Below, in pieces: positions 23,046-35,574 of a stretch of DNA of 64,000 nt. A program made the translations under genes and the position numbers. The notes under the pieces are model-generated. The model was given only the letters and a program-made list of their open reading frames with translations, did no database searches and had not been told where the DNA came from. This stretch comes from Haliotis rufescens (lineage: Eukaryota): assembly GCF_023055435.1 (NCBI RefSeq), contig NW_025964372.1, positions 23,312,001-23,376,000 on the forward strand. The letters run 5' to 3'. Every line of letters begins with the position of its first letter. Position 1 is the stretch's first letter.

Positions 23046-25187
23046 CATTTAACGTGAATTTCTCTTTTCCATTTGAAATCACTTCAATCTTTGCATCCTG
23101 ACATCCATGAATTGCTGTGTCTGAATCATAAACAGACAACATAAATCATGTGTTTTCATATTGTAGATTGAAATGATACTGCCAAAGATTACGTTTTTCT
23201 ATAGATTCCTGAATTAAATTCGCTCTTAATGCGCTATAAAAAATCTTAGATAACGATGTGATTGGAACAAAAAACAGTTATGTTCAATGTTGAATGAATG
23301 AGTTTGATAGGGCGTTGTAATGTTCATTTGTCTAACAGGATCAGAACTAATATCTAGATGCATCTTTGATTTGTTAGAATAACACATCCACCACATCAAA
23401 ACTTTTTTCCCTTTACAAAATAAAAATAATATTTCCACACATCACCCTAAAGCTAAATTGGCATTAAACTTTGAATTTTTCTGTATTAAGCCTTCATTGG
23501 CGAAACCGTTCTCTAATCTTTATAAACTCATTCAGAAGATAGGGGCATCTCCAACTTGTCAGTTGCTTAACGACAAAATATTAATCAGGCAATCTATATT
23601 CTGAATGATTTCAAGCATACGAAATGCAACAGTTCAGTCAAAAGTACTTTCAAGGAAATATCTTTTACAGATTTTGACGACTCTCCTAATTAACTTGAGA
23701 AGTAGACGAAACAAGATACAAGTGCATCTTCTTAAAGCTACACGTCCAAACACCCACACGGCGGTTTAGTCAGAAATATATATCGAACAGACTACGAAGA
23801 TGCGTCAGTGATTGACCACGAAGTTTAGTCCGAGGCCGTTAGGCCGCTTGTCTGAAAATGGATTCATTGACCGGGATATATATTGTATAGCGCCTGAGGA
23901 ACGTAGTTCCCAAATGTTTTCTTTTTTATGCAAATTGTGTGAATGGCGGGCGCTAACGTTAGAGCAGGACATGCTTACCCTTTTTGCGAACACGTGTTGT
24001 CATCACTGATTTTCAGTGGTCCATTCATATATTTTCACGGCTGTTTTACCCCGACGGTGTGCGATATTGATCATGATTATTTACAGGCCGCCGAGATAAA
24101 GCGGCATTAAACCAAACTCACTCACTTACTCACTCACTCACTTTGAGCTCGCGAGAATTACACATCCATACGGAATGAGTAGTAAACAGTATCTCGTTTC
24201 TTCATTGATCTCCCCAAACCCTGTATGGCTGAAGTTGTTTTGCAGTTGCGAATAGCTTAATGATCTTGTTAATCCTGTCACCAGCTTAATCAGCATTAAC
24301 CAGTTGGTCACAAGTCATGTCAAGATGACCACGCCCCCCAGTCGTGAGATAACCTAACACAGTCTTTAACAATGATCTCAACAACATTACTACACGACAG
24401 ATGCATACTTACCTAAGCGCTTAAACTACCATATTCAAACCTGGAAGAACTGCCATGTTCACATTCATTGCATGACTTAACGACCTGAACGGAGATCCCG
24501 CTGACCTTCACAACCGACGATCTGCATTCCAATCTAAGAAATCGCTTAAATTCTTTTCCAGAAACGTCCTTCGTGACCAGAGGCAATGTCTACTATGTCT
24601 ATTACCTGTGTGACATTAATGTCCATTACGCAGGTACGTCACACTGCCACTATTACAGATACCATTCACAGTCGAACACCGTTTTCACACAGGCAAGACA
24701 TAATACTCAATTCTCAACCTTGATAGCTTCCATTAATGGGAACATTTATCAGTCTGAATGGCATCATTGAAGACATCCCTGGATTCTTGCTGTATAATGA
24801 AGGTATTTTTCCGCAATCATGTAACATGCAATTTTTATGAATGCAGTTGCAAGACCATGTGGGTAAAATGTTCAACTAGGCTCAACTAAAGACATGAATA
24901 AATTGCACCTAAGCTGCCGGGTAGGAAAAAACATACACACGTGTTTGATTGTGACTGAATGAAAAAAACAAGACTTGTTATTCGATGGTGAGGTATAGTT
25001 GTGTTTTGGACCTTAGGTTTCAGCGACTGTTTTCAGCCAAGTAACGTTGGTACTGTTTTGGTCAAATCCAATGTCAAGTGTGTACTCACGTTTGCCCTTA
25101 GACAAGCTGCGTCTCTTGAAAATCTACACCAAGACATATGTGGTAGGTAAGAGCGCTGTGTCGTGCTATTGTCAAAAATACTTTTTA

Positions 25188-25432
25188 CCTGTGACGATCT
25201 GGTTTAGAATAGGTCTTCAGCAACCCATGCTTGACGTACCGGCCACAATGCTTGTTGTGTAAGAGGCGACTAACGGGATAGGGTGGTCAGGCTCGCTGAC
25301 TTGGTTCATGCATGTCATCGTAATCTAAATTGCGTAGTTCGATGCTGGATGTCAATCATTGGATTATCAGGTCCAGATTCGATTATGTACAGGCCGCTGA
25401 CATATAGCTGGAATATTGCTAAATGCGGCGTA
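25188..25432 (+). mobile_element. SINE-like family B, diverged
   Basis: cctgtgacgatctggtttagaataggtcttcagcaaccc...taagaggcgactaacggg. Confidence 0.8.
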
Positions 25433-25436
25433 GATG

Positions 25437-25595
25437 AGATGAGTGGATTGCTTTTACGCCGCTTGTAGCAAAATTCCAACAAGATCACGGTTGGGAAACA
25501 GTATGAGCTTTATACATAATGCACTATTTTGGAAATCGAACACGGATCTTCAGTGTGACAAGCGATAGCTTTAACCACTAGGCTACCCCTCCCCC
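25437..25595 (-). mobile_element. Degenerate SINE family A, tail-to-tail with the family B copy
   Basis: Reverse complement reads gggtagcctagtggttaaagc...ttcgatttcc...gcggcgtaaaa. Confidence 0.7.
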
Positions 25596-25984
25596 CATTC
25601 TCGTGGTCAGCAGGGGAAGGATTCCCTTCATTTCCCGGTGGAGTCCTGGATATCGGGGTATTAGAATTCCAGGGAGGGTGCCACTAGGTACAGGGATAGG
25701 GATATTATAGAAATCAGAAAGCTTTTTCATATTTAAAAAGGACCATAAAAAGTAGATATTCATCTGACATTCTGATATGATACATTCCATGACAACTCTA
25801 TATTTGTACGATATGTACATGTATTTGTATCAAACCTGAAATAATGTACTTCGGATAAGTACGAACATGGGCCAGTATTGGATCTCATTTTCTCCAAATT
25901 AGTGAGTGAGTATGGATTCACGCCGCTTTTAGCAATATTCCAGCAAGATCACGGCGGGAGACACCAGAAATGGTCTTATCGTCC

Positions 25985-26340
25985 AACATAATGACACCTT
26001 TTGTTGTCCAGTTTGCAAGGTGTGTGGGCCGACGCTTTGTCTTACAGGACAACTCCCGTGCTCAACGTGCACGAATCGTCGATGCTCACCTCCAGCAGCA
26101 CAACATACATAGAATGCCATGGCCAGCAATGAGCCCAGACCTTTCCCCCATTGAAAACGTCTGGGGCATGTCAGGGCGACGTGTGCGTCAACGTCATAGG
26201 CCGCCGACCACGTTGGCTGAACTTGGCCAGGCGCAGCAAGGGGCGTGGGACAGACTCCCTCAAATCGTCATTGGAAGATTCAGACGCAGTATGCCTCGTC
26301 GAGTGAATGAATGTTTGACAAAGCGTGGTACGTAGTATTA
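25985..26340 (+). mobile_element. Tc1/mariner transposase C-terminal fragment
   Basis: LQDN..RARIV..WPAMSPDLSPIENVW..SMPRRVNECL (DD34E-type motif). A SINE A 3' fragment lies at 25901-25975 (-). Confidence 0.88.
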
Positions 26341-26725
26341 CGAAATAACGATCCAGAACCGTCATCTTTGAAATTTCCCATCTTCTCCCTATTGTCCTTC
26401 AAGATCGTTGGCGGTCATTACCTCTACTGTTATACTTCACAACCGGCTGTAATGTGTTCCCAATTCGTTCATAATTATTATACAACTGTTAACTAGAAAC
26501 TATTATCTCTCACAATTTTGTTTATTTCAAGTTATTTCCGAGTATCCCCTACTGTGTTTAAGAGTATATATACATCTATATGCTGATACGTTTACAGAAG
26601 GTTGGATTAACAAAAGTAACAATATAATGACCATACAGACCATGACATTTTCAGACAACAAACCAAAATTCTCCATACTTTTATTTAGTGGGATACATTT
26701 CCGTCTACCAACTTCAATGGGCATA

Positions 26726-26904
26726 TGGGGCGGTCGGGTAGCCCTTTTGTTAAAGCGTTCGCTTGTCACGCCGAAGACCCGGGTTCGATTCCAGACACGG
26801 GTAAAATGTGTGAAGCCCATTTCTGATGTCCCCCGCGGTGATATTGATGGAATATTGCTAAAAGCGGCGTAAAACCATACTCACTCACTCACTCACTCAC
26901 TCAC
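26726..26904 (+). mobile_element. SINE family A
   Basis: Full length with long (TCAC)n tail. TSD tcaatgggcatat. Confidence 0.9.
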
Positions 26905-27558
26905 TCAATGGGCATATAGTGATTTCCGCGTCTAGATTTAAAAAGTGGCATTCTTTAAAAAATGTTAGGTATAACATTCAGAATTCAAATTGCAGGAGAA
27001 GCAGCCAGCACTTCCAGTAAAGACTTTATTGTGTTCTGCCATTGTAATTACTTTGCAGTAATCTGTATTGATTTGTACAACTAGTCAATAACATAATACA
27101 ATTGTTAATTTACTTTTTTATTTATTGGTTTCACACTGATTTCTTTTACGTATATATTTCTGGGTTAATTTATTGTTTCAATTTGGACGCCGACACGAAA
27201 CTCTATTCATTTGCCAATAACACTAACTGGGACGACAATAGTTTTGAAGTCACCAGACCGTTGGTTTAAACCCCCAGCCTGCCGGCAAAGTGAGAACAAA
27301 CCACAGAGACCAGGGTTACCTCATCTAATCAGCCAATATTTACTTGAATTATACAACTGTAACTGCGCACTGCACTCAGCCAACCTTCTTGTTACAGAGT
27401 TCGTCCCTAGGCTTCACCCACTTTCATCATTTGCCAGCATTGTTTGTTGTTGTTGTTTATGTACGTGTACATGTAACCTCAGCTATATAACCATGACCTC
27501 TGTTCTGCTCTGTTCCTACGCGGTTGTTGATTACTAGTTTGTGAAAGATACTAGTGTA

Positions 27559-27689
27559 NNNNNNNNNNNNNNNNNNNNNNNNNNNNNNNNNNNNNNNNNN
27601 NNNNNNNNNNNNNNNNNNNNNNNNNNNNNNNNNNNNNNNNNNNNNNNNNNNNNNNNNNNNNNNNNNNNNNNNNNNNNNNNNNNNNNNNN
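27559..27689. other. Assembly gap (N run)
   Basis: Run of n. Confidence 1.
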
Positions 27690-27789
27690 GAGGGGGAGGG
27701 GGTGGGGGTGGGGAGGGTCGGAAATGCTGAAGTATGAAACATTTTCTTCAGTGCGTTTTTAATACTTTTTTTAATTTTCCATTTTGTAC

Positions 27790-28161
27790 CGACCGCCGTG
27801 GTCTAGTGGTAGAGCGTCCGCAAGGAGAGCGGAAGGTCCGGGGTTCGATCACCGGCCGCGTCATACCAAAAGACGTTGAAATATGGTATCTTCCTGTTAC
27901 CCTGCCTGGCGCTCGGAGTTAATTGCCTGAAACAAGAACTGGCCGGCACGGGGTCAGTATATTGTGTCTGAGTGGGTTACTTATGTTAAACTGCGGCATG
28001 GTAGGGCACGATAAATTCGGCACTAGTCCAGAGTAGTACAAGCAGCCATTCACACACGCACACACACACGCACGCAAGCACACACACGTGCATGCACGTC
28101 ACTATATTAGTGAAATAATTTTGGACGCGACGTTAAACCCAATTTCACCTCACCTCACCTC
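27790..28161 (+). mobile_element. tRNA-derived SINE family D, full length
   Basis: A box gtggtctagtggtagagc, B box ggttcgatc, internal (CA)n, cgttaaacccaatt(tcacc)n tail. TSD ccattttgta. Confidence 0.88.
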
Positions 28162-28399
28162 CATTTTGTATCAGTGGTACAGGCATGACATGGTCATGAT
28201 GGACCAAGTATATTCATAGCCTATATCAATATGATACGTTGACTTTTTGATGGGCACAGATGAGGTCATAGTAAGGTATAGACAGGTTAGGAAGCGTATT
28301 CATGGTTGACCAGAAAGAGCAGAAATTGTCAGGTTTGCACAAGGAGAAATATAAATATTTTGTACTATTATTATTCTTGACGATTTATTTCTTGATTTG

Positions 28400-29620
28400 T
28401 TCAAAGAAGGGCAAGACTGCATAATTTGTTTAACTAGTAAAATTACAGCATTAACATTGTTTGCCCTTTTATTCCAATATGATGTACTTTGATAGGGTCA
28501 AAGGTCTTAATATCCAGTTTTCAATGTATTTCCAAATAGCATTGCTGACATCACAATCCCCGTTGTGACCGTTTACAGAAACTACAAATAGATGAGTCAA
28601 TATATCCTTGTAACGAAACTTTCTTTTGAATTGAGAAGAATTTTGTAATACTTACCGGTACCCTTTTTCTCAAAACAGATAGGTTATAAGGAAGTATAGG
28701 ATAGGAAAGTGTACCCATGCTACATAAGAGTTTTTTTAGCAAGCATTAAAATAACAGCCCACTTTGGATAATGAAATGTTAACCTATTAATCCATCTAAC
28801 GTTTTGGGCAGAAATATTTTCTTTAATTTTTGGTATCTTGATTCCCTCAATGTTTTGGAAGACCGATCATATCTCGTTTTGCCTTGTCCGGTTTACCTTT
28901 TTAAATAAATTCAAATAATATTTTCTGTAGATATCCAATGGCATCAGTTGATGGGTTTGGCAATGCCGAGAATAGCTATTTTAATTTAGGTAACGATAGG
29001 GATTTCAATGCTGTATTTCTTCCAATAGTTGGTGTGAGTATTCGAGCCAGCTAAACCACTTCTGTTTGTCTCTTATTTATTTTGTCTTCATCCCTTTTTT
29101 CCTCCATAATAATTTTCTAGGTCAATATCAAAATGTAACCCTAACCGTGTAAATACTGTTTGTGCCAACTCAAAATTCAACTCTTTACATAGCGTATATC
29201 TTTTATCTATTTTGAGCCTATCAAAATTATTTTAAACTTTTCTATATAACGTTTCCATTCAGAAAACGTGCGAAAAACTGCTAAGACATTGTACCCTCCA
29301 ATGTCCATGTGGTGTCATTAGCAAATTGTGACAAAACATGTTCAATACTATCAACATGTATTCTTATGTTTTAATTTTTCTGATCATTATAAGCAAATTT
29401 CAACGCATAATGTGAAAATATAAGGTGAAAAGAGATCTCCTTGGTGGAGCCGTAAGTTACCTTAAACAATGGGGAGGCAAAGCCAAAGTTCGATTCTTTG
29501 TATAATAATTGGACCGAAACTGGAAAAAGTGAGCACATTTAAAACGTATTTCTGTTCACTGAACAAATGCCTTTTTCAAAGTCTAGTAATAATTAAATTA
29601 ATGGTGACATTGCAAATCCA
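28400..29620 (-). mobile_element. Decayed L1/Tx1-like LINE ORF2 (RT and C-terminal part)
   Basis: Reverse complement gives RLHQGDLFSPYIFTLCVE, QFANDT (YADD-like) and CSFC zinc-knuckle remnants. Confidence 0.6.
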
Positions 29621-29779
29621 ATAATTACCGTGGAATCTCCCTTCTAAATATATTGGGTAAAGTGTTCACGTCTATTGTAAAATTGAGATTAAGGATTTGG
29701 TTAGATACAAACTTTATTAATCACATGTCACAGGCTGCGTTTAGAAATAATTACTCCACTCCATTTAGTCCTCTTCAAA

Positions 29780-30500
29780 ATCTCATAGTAAGTTAATGCT
29801 TGTATTTGTATGAATAAGTGGAAATCAGAAACATTTACAACATCTTGTGGTGTCCGTCAAGGTTGCTTGTGAAGCCCAGTTCTTGTTACTTGTTCATAAA
29901 TGAATTAGCTTTAGAGTTTAGAAATAGTAGTTTACGAGGAATCTTTGTCACTGAGGAAATTGAAGATGTACTTCTTTTACTGTTCGCGGATGGTGTAGTG
30001 TTAGTGAATGACTCAGTTATTTGTTTACTGCAAAAGTTATATTTTTATATGATTATTGTTTAAGTGGGATTTTGAGGTAAATGAAATAAATCCAATATAA
30101 TAGTCTTTCCAAACGGTGGATATTTAAGAAGTCTAGAAAATTGGTTCTATTCAAGTAAAGAAGTTAAATTTGTCACAAATTATAAGTATCTTTGTGTTAT
30201 TTTCCATCGAGGTTTGTCTTGTTCCGGGTGTGTGGAACTCTCTCACTTGAAGCTAGGAAGACTCTGATCTGATCCCAGTTTATAAATAACTGAAAGGTTG
30301 TCCCCGCCCCCGTTTTGATAGAAAGTATAAAGTCTGTTTTTTTAAAGGCTGCTTGAATATTTCTAAATTTACTCCACCTGGTTTGGCGATAATGGGAGAC
30401 ACCCGGTATGTGTCATATATTTTAGTCGTTGTGTCAGTTATTGGTGTCGACCTTCTGTTAGCGTGTTATCAAATGTTAAAGATTATTTTATAGTAATGTA
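29780..30500 (+). mobile_element. Decayed CR1/L2-group LINE RT fragment
   Basis: GVRQGC, LFINEL..LLLFADGVVL, YKYL motifs across frameshifts. Confidence 0.7.
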
Positions 30501-30934
30501 AAGTAAACTAGGTCACGAGAGTTCGTATGTCATTATTTTCCATAGTTTTTTCTTATGCTTGGATTTCTGAGGCTTTTTATAATAATAATATATTAATGAG
30601 TACGTTTTCTCAAAGTTGTAATGATAACAATTCGACGACTGGCACAGTTGACTGTCAGGAAGAAGTGATTTCTCTGTTAATCCTAGTTTTAAATCTTTGT
30701 TGTCTACAGACAAATATGTTATAGAATTACTAAGATTAAGTTATACCAATTATTGTCATCAACAATATTGCTTACATGAAAAGTCTTGCTATATTCTTAA
30801 AAAGAAATTTGCCGTTTTGTCGGTGTGCGCAGATAAAACAACATATTGTAAAAGCATGTGCCCTTGGCCTTCTGATAGAAATAAACTTGTCTCTTGCCTT
30901 GTTTCTTGTCTCTCTAATCCCAGGAATTTGATTT

Positions 30935-31201
30935 TTTGTTTGTTCGTTTGTTTGTTGTTTAACGCCACACTCAGCAATATTCCAGCTACATGACGGCAGT
31001 CTGTAAATAATCGAGTCTGAACCAGACAATCTAGTTATTGACATCATGAGCATCGATCCACGCAATTGGGATACGATGACATGCATCAACCAATCAGCGA
31101 GGCTGACCACCCGATCCCGATAGTCGCCTCTTACAAGCAAAGTCGCCCTTTACAGCAAACATGGATTGCTGAAGACCTGGTCTACCCCGGATCTTCACGG
31201 G
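30935..31201 (-). mobile_element. SINE-like family B
   Basis: Reverse complement begins cccgtgaagatccggggtagaccaggtcttcagc. Confidence 0.85.
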
Positions 31202-31329
31202 TCCAGGGATTTGCTAAGTTTCTGCACCAATTTTATAAGAGGTATTTTGCAATGAAATTTATCGCCAATTTTTCAAAAAAATGTTTTGGTTTATTTAATT
31301 TGGGATGCGTGTAATTAATCGTTGTAATC

Positions 31330-32400
31330 TTGAGTGCACCTTCCACACAATGAGAGTCTTGAAAGTTTAATTCGTTTGTAGATACGTCCCCTAATAGTTA
31401 AATTGGACTGACATCTTGTACATAACTGAGCATAAAACAATTTAGTTAAATTTAAAATGCCATCCTCATCATGGATTAATGTTTCATCAGATTTTTCTAA
31501 TTCTGTAAATGCTTTCGGGCTTCTAGTTTAAAATAGAATTTTGTTGTGTTTCTCCCTGTTCATAGCAGTTTACGTTTGATCTCATAAACAACCCCTGAAT
31601 AATTATGAATATCGTCCACTAACTTAAGAAATTGTCTCTTTCGACCTGTATGTCAGAGTGATCAACATGCAATTATTGGTTTAACAATGTATTTTCCAGT
31701 TGGTATTCTCTTTTCTTTATAATATTTTGCTTTGTCCATGAGTAACCTATTTACCCTTGATCATAAGTAATAGGGTTACCTGTAACAGCTGATCATTTAT
31801 AGAATACATTGGAATCCCATCTGTACTATTAGGAACTATTATTGATCTTATGTTAATCTTATCGTATCTTTTGCAAGTTTAACATATTGCTTAAATCGCA
31901 ACTAAGGTTTATTAAATTTCCAGAATCCTATTCCTCCACATATTTCAGAGTAAGGTAAGGACACTTCAATCACAGAATGGTCTTAACAGATTATCAGCAC
32001 CCACAGATCCCAACAAATCATGTGACATCAAAAGAAATCCGATGTGGCTTACTTTATTGGCATTGTCTGACGCCAAGACTTAGTGTTTCTTCTTCCATTG
32101 TAATGTTGTCCTGTTGTTCTTGCTTTGGGATCAATTATGTGCTTGTAGATATATGTATCCATTTGATGGTCTCACACAAGATTCTTGTCACCACACAAAT
32201 AAATTTTGTTACTTTCCAAAATTGTAATTATATCTGAAATATTCACCAGAACAATCCGGGCAATCATCATTTGAGGCATGAATACTAACAAAAGTACACA
32301 TGATTTTTATTAATTTCTATTTTTAATGCTACATAGTTTCCAGCTTCATCCAGAATTGATTCTGGAATATTGAAGTTGAAAATATTGTTGAATAATATTG
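31330..32400 (-). mobile_element. Decayed L1/Tx1-like ORF2, endonuclease end and linker
   Basis: Reverse complement gives HSVI...GIGFWKFN, typical of the L1 endonuclease C-terminus. Confidence 0.5.
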
Positions 32401-32419
32401 CTGTGCCACGGGCATCATT

Positions 32420-33100
32420 TGTACACGGTGACTGATCAATAATGGGTCGTGCCCCCACGCTTGGTCAAACATTCACGGCTTGGTCCAAATCAATCTCATG
32501 AATGTCTTGTCCATTCTTTTTGCAGCGTCTGGCCTAGTTCGGCTAAAGTATCAGGTGGCCTTTGGCGTCGGTGTTCACGTCTCCCGATCATGTCCTAAAC
32601 CAGCTTATGGACTCATGGCTGGCCATTGTATTATGGTGATGTTATCATTGTTCATGGAGGTAGTCAGTTACGATACGTACACGGTGAGTTCGAGTGCTAT
32701 CGTCCTGAAAGACAAAACGTGGACCAGTATGGCGCGCAAACGGCAAACGGCAAACGGCAAACTATTGGCGCAGAGCCACCACAAATAGGTCATGTTGCCT
32801 TACGTTGACGTTCCATGACGTTCGTCCAAGCCTATCCTGGAAAGCCAGAGTGAATCTGGACTCATCTGGAAATATTACACGAGACTATCAGCGATTTCCC
32901 AGTTTCAACGCTCTAAACACTATTAGTGTCTTGCTAGAATGAGGCCGATCATTAACATTTTGTGTCTGCAAAAACCTGATCCAAAGTTTGCAAATTCACA
33001 AGAAACATTGACCTTATTGGCTACTTCTCGCTTATTTATATCAATTTGAAGCATGCCAATAGCCATTAGGCGTTCATCACGTTGTAGACAACGCATTCTC
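32420..33100 (-). mobile_element. Decayed Tc1/mariner transposase
   Basis: MRCLQRDERLMAIGMLQ..REVA (paired-like HTH start) and VIFPDESRF. Confidence 0.7.
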
Positions 33101-33322
33101 TCAAAAATATAAATTATCCCCGAAATCTTGAAATCTTTATGCTTCAGACTGTTGATAGAAAAGAAATAGCCTGCCACACAAAATACATTGTTGAAAAGGC
33201 GTTTTTCTTTTTTTTTAAATGCAGGCTCTGAATATCTGATTTTGTCGCTGTAGCTGACAAATATCTAAGCTCGCTCAAACTCACCGCCCCCAATTCCCCA
33301 TTTGCCGACCTTTATGCCACCA

Positions 33323-33590
33323 GACCGCCTCTGTGGTCTAGTGGTAGAGCGTCCGCCCGGAGAGCGGAAGGTCCGGGGTTGGATCCCCGGCCGCGTCATA
33401 CCAAAGACGTTAAAAGATGGTACTTGTTGTTACCCCGTCTGGCGCTCGGCATAAAGGGGCTAAAACAAGGATTGGTCGGCTCGGGGTCAGTATACTGTGT
33501 CTGAGTGGGGTATTCATGTTAAACTGCGGCATGGTATCTCAGTGAGCTAGCACTATAATAAATCGGCATTAGTCCACGCAGCCACGCACG

Positions 33591-33621
<31 letters not shown>

Positions 33622-33696
33622 ACACACACACACGTGCATGCACGTCGCTGTATGAGTGCAATAATCTTGGACGCGACGTTATACCTCACCTCACCT
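33323..33696 (+). mobile_element. SINE family D
   Basis: tRNA head, gtcataccaaagacg body, internal (CA)n. Confidence 0.85.
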
Positions 33697-33789
33697 TATG
33701 CCTCCAACACGTGTTTTTCCGAGACAAACCGAATGGTTACGGAAATTTGTGGGTGGAGACAAACGGCAGACAGACAGCTTGAAACAGCA

Positions 33790-34070
33790 TATAGCATACA
33801 GGGATTACTGCATGGTATACAATGATATGTATGGTTGGATAATGCCAGTTTTATAGCGCTGATCCGCTGAGATATCATGTCGCAGTTTAACATGGGTACC
33901 CTACTCAGACACGTGTACTGAGCCGAGCCGACCAGTCCTTGTTGTATCGCCGAGCGCCAGGCATGGAAACGTACCATCTTTCTACGTCTTTTGCTATGAT
34001 GCAGTCGGGGAAAAAACCATCGACCTTCCACTCTCCGTGCAGACGCTCTATCAACTACACCACGGAGGCG
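33790..34070 (-). mobile_element. SINE family D, diverged and inverted
   Basis: Reverse complement reads cgcctccgtggtgtagttgatagagcgtctgc...gcctggcgctcggc...ggtcggctcggctcagta. Confidence 0.75.
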
Positions 34071-34466
34071 TAAGGAGAATACAGAATACGCGGATTACAG
34101 TGAAATGATATTACGATTGTATGGAGTCTTGTGGGTCCGCGCTTCTTCGACCATAAGGAACAAGGAGAAAAGCAGGAAGATTCGGTTTCCTTTAGACAAC
34201 AATGATCATAATTACTTCAACAGTAAAATCAGGAATACTATCACGAAAAGCAATAAATATGTCTAAAACCAACTTAAAACAACAGAAATTCAAGAAGAAA
34301 TCAAATCTAAAACATTGTTTAAGGTTTTTATGCATTCCGAACAAACGAGATGATTGTTTTTTTAAAATTCATATTGGAATCTGAGAGTGCTTGAAGTCTA
34401 CACGGTAGGTAAATATGTTCAATAGGCGCGTCTACTTTGGCCATCTTTTTGCAGTTGCGTGAGTTG

Positions 34467-34868
34467 AACATGGGAGTGGAGGTCTAACACCACGTAGGCG
34501 TATGTTAACATGGAAGTGGAGGTCTAACACCACGTAGGCGTATGTTAACATGGGAGTGGAGGTCTAACACCACGTAGGCGTATGTTAACATGGGAGTGGA
34601 GGTCTAACACCACGTAGGCGTATGTTAACATGGAAGTGGAGGTCTAACACCACGTAGGCGTATGTTAACATGGGAGTGGAGGTCTAACACCACGTAGGCG
34701 TATGTTAACATGGGAGTGGAGGTCTAACACCACGTAGGCGTATGTTTACATGGGGAGGGGAGGTCTAACACCACGTAGGCGTATGTTAACATGGGGAGGG
34801 GAGGTCTAACACCACGTAGGCGTATGTTAACATGGGGAGGTGAGGTCTAACACCACGAAGGTGTATGT
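34467..34868. repeat. 40-bp tandem repeat (aacatgggagtggaggtctaacaccacgtaggcgtatgtt) x10
   Basis: Exact period of 40 (34501 to 34541). Confidence 0.95.
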
Positions 34869-34961
34869 AAAGAAATACAGTACTGGAATTTGAACTTCTA
34901 AACATACATCTTCCCGAGGTGGGTGGAAAGTGGACATATAATCAGATAACTCCCTTACCTC

Positions 34962-35121
34962 GGTCGGTCGGGTAGCCTAGTGGTTAAAGCGTTCGCTCGT
35001 CACGCCGAAGACCGGGTTCGATTCCCGACATGGGTACAATGTGTGAAGCCCATTTTGGTGTCCCCCGCCGTGATATTGCTGGAATATTGCTAAAAGCGGC
35101 GTCAAACCATACTCACTCACT
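34962..35121 (+). mobile_element. SINE family A
   Basis: Near full length. Flanked by actccctta(c/t)ctcgg. Confidence 0.9.
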
Positions 35122-35124
35122 CCC

Positions 35125-35520
35125 TTATCTCGGGAAGATGGTAAACATGTGCTATCCATTGGAAGCTCATTCCTTAGAGCAGCGCAAGTTCTTCTGAAGG
35201 TTCGGTTGTTGTCCAGGCTGGTGGCCCCGCTATCTGCTGTTGGCATGCAGATCGTAATGCCCGTTCAGGTTGGTAAAACCTTGCAAGTAATTGTAGGTAC
35301 ATGGGAGCCAGACCATGAAGTGATTTGTAGACATATGCCAGCGGTATTTAACATGATTATCTGTCTCACAGGAAGCCAGTACAGTTCCTTGAGGACAGGT
35401 GTCATGTGGGCACGCATTCATTCATCATCTGATGAGCCTGGCACCTGTATTTTGCACACGCTTTAGCTTGTCCAGATGACTTTTCTGTGAACAATTCAGG
35501 AGCTAGACTCTTGCAATAGT
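35125..35520 (-). mobile_element. L2-clade LINE C-terminal fragment
   Basis: Reverse complement gives LDKLKRVQNTGARLI..HMTPVLKELYWLPVRQ. Confidence 0.7.
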
Positions 35521-35574
35521 CTAACCTCTAAGTGACAAATGCATGGACAAAGCATTTGACAGAGTCGATGGCGC

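Noticed and set aside
34467-34868. CRISPR-like array
   Set aside because: Units abut with no unique spacers, there are no cas genes, and the context is eukaryotic.
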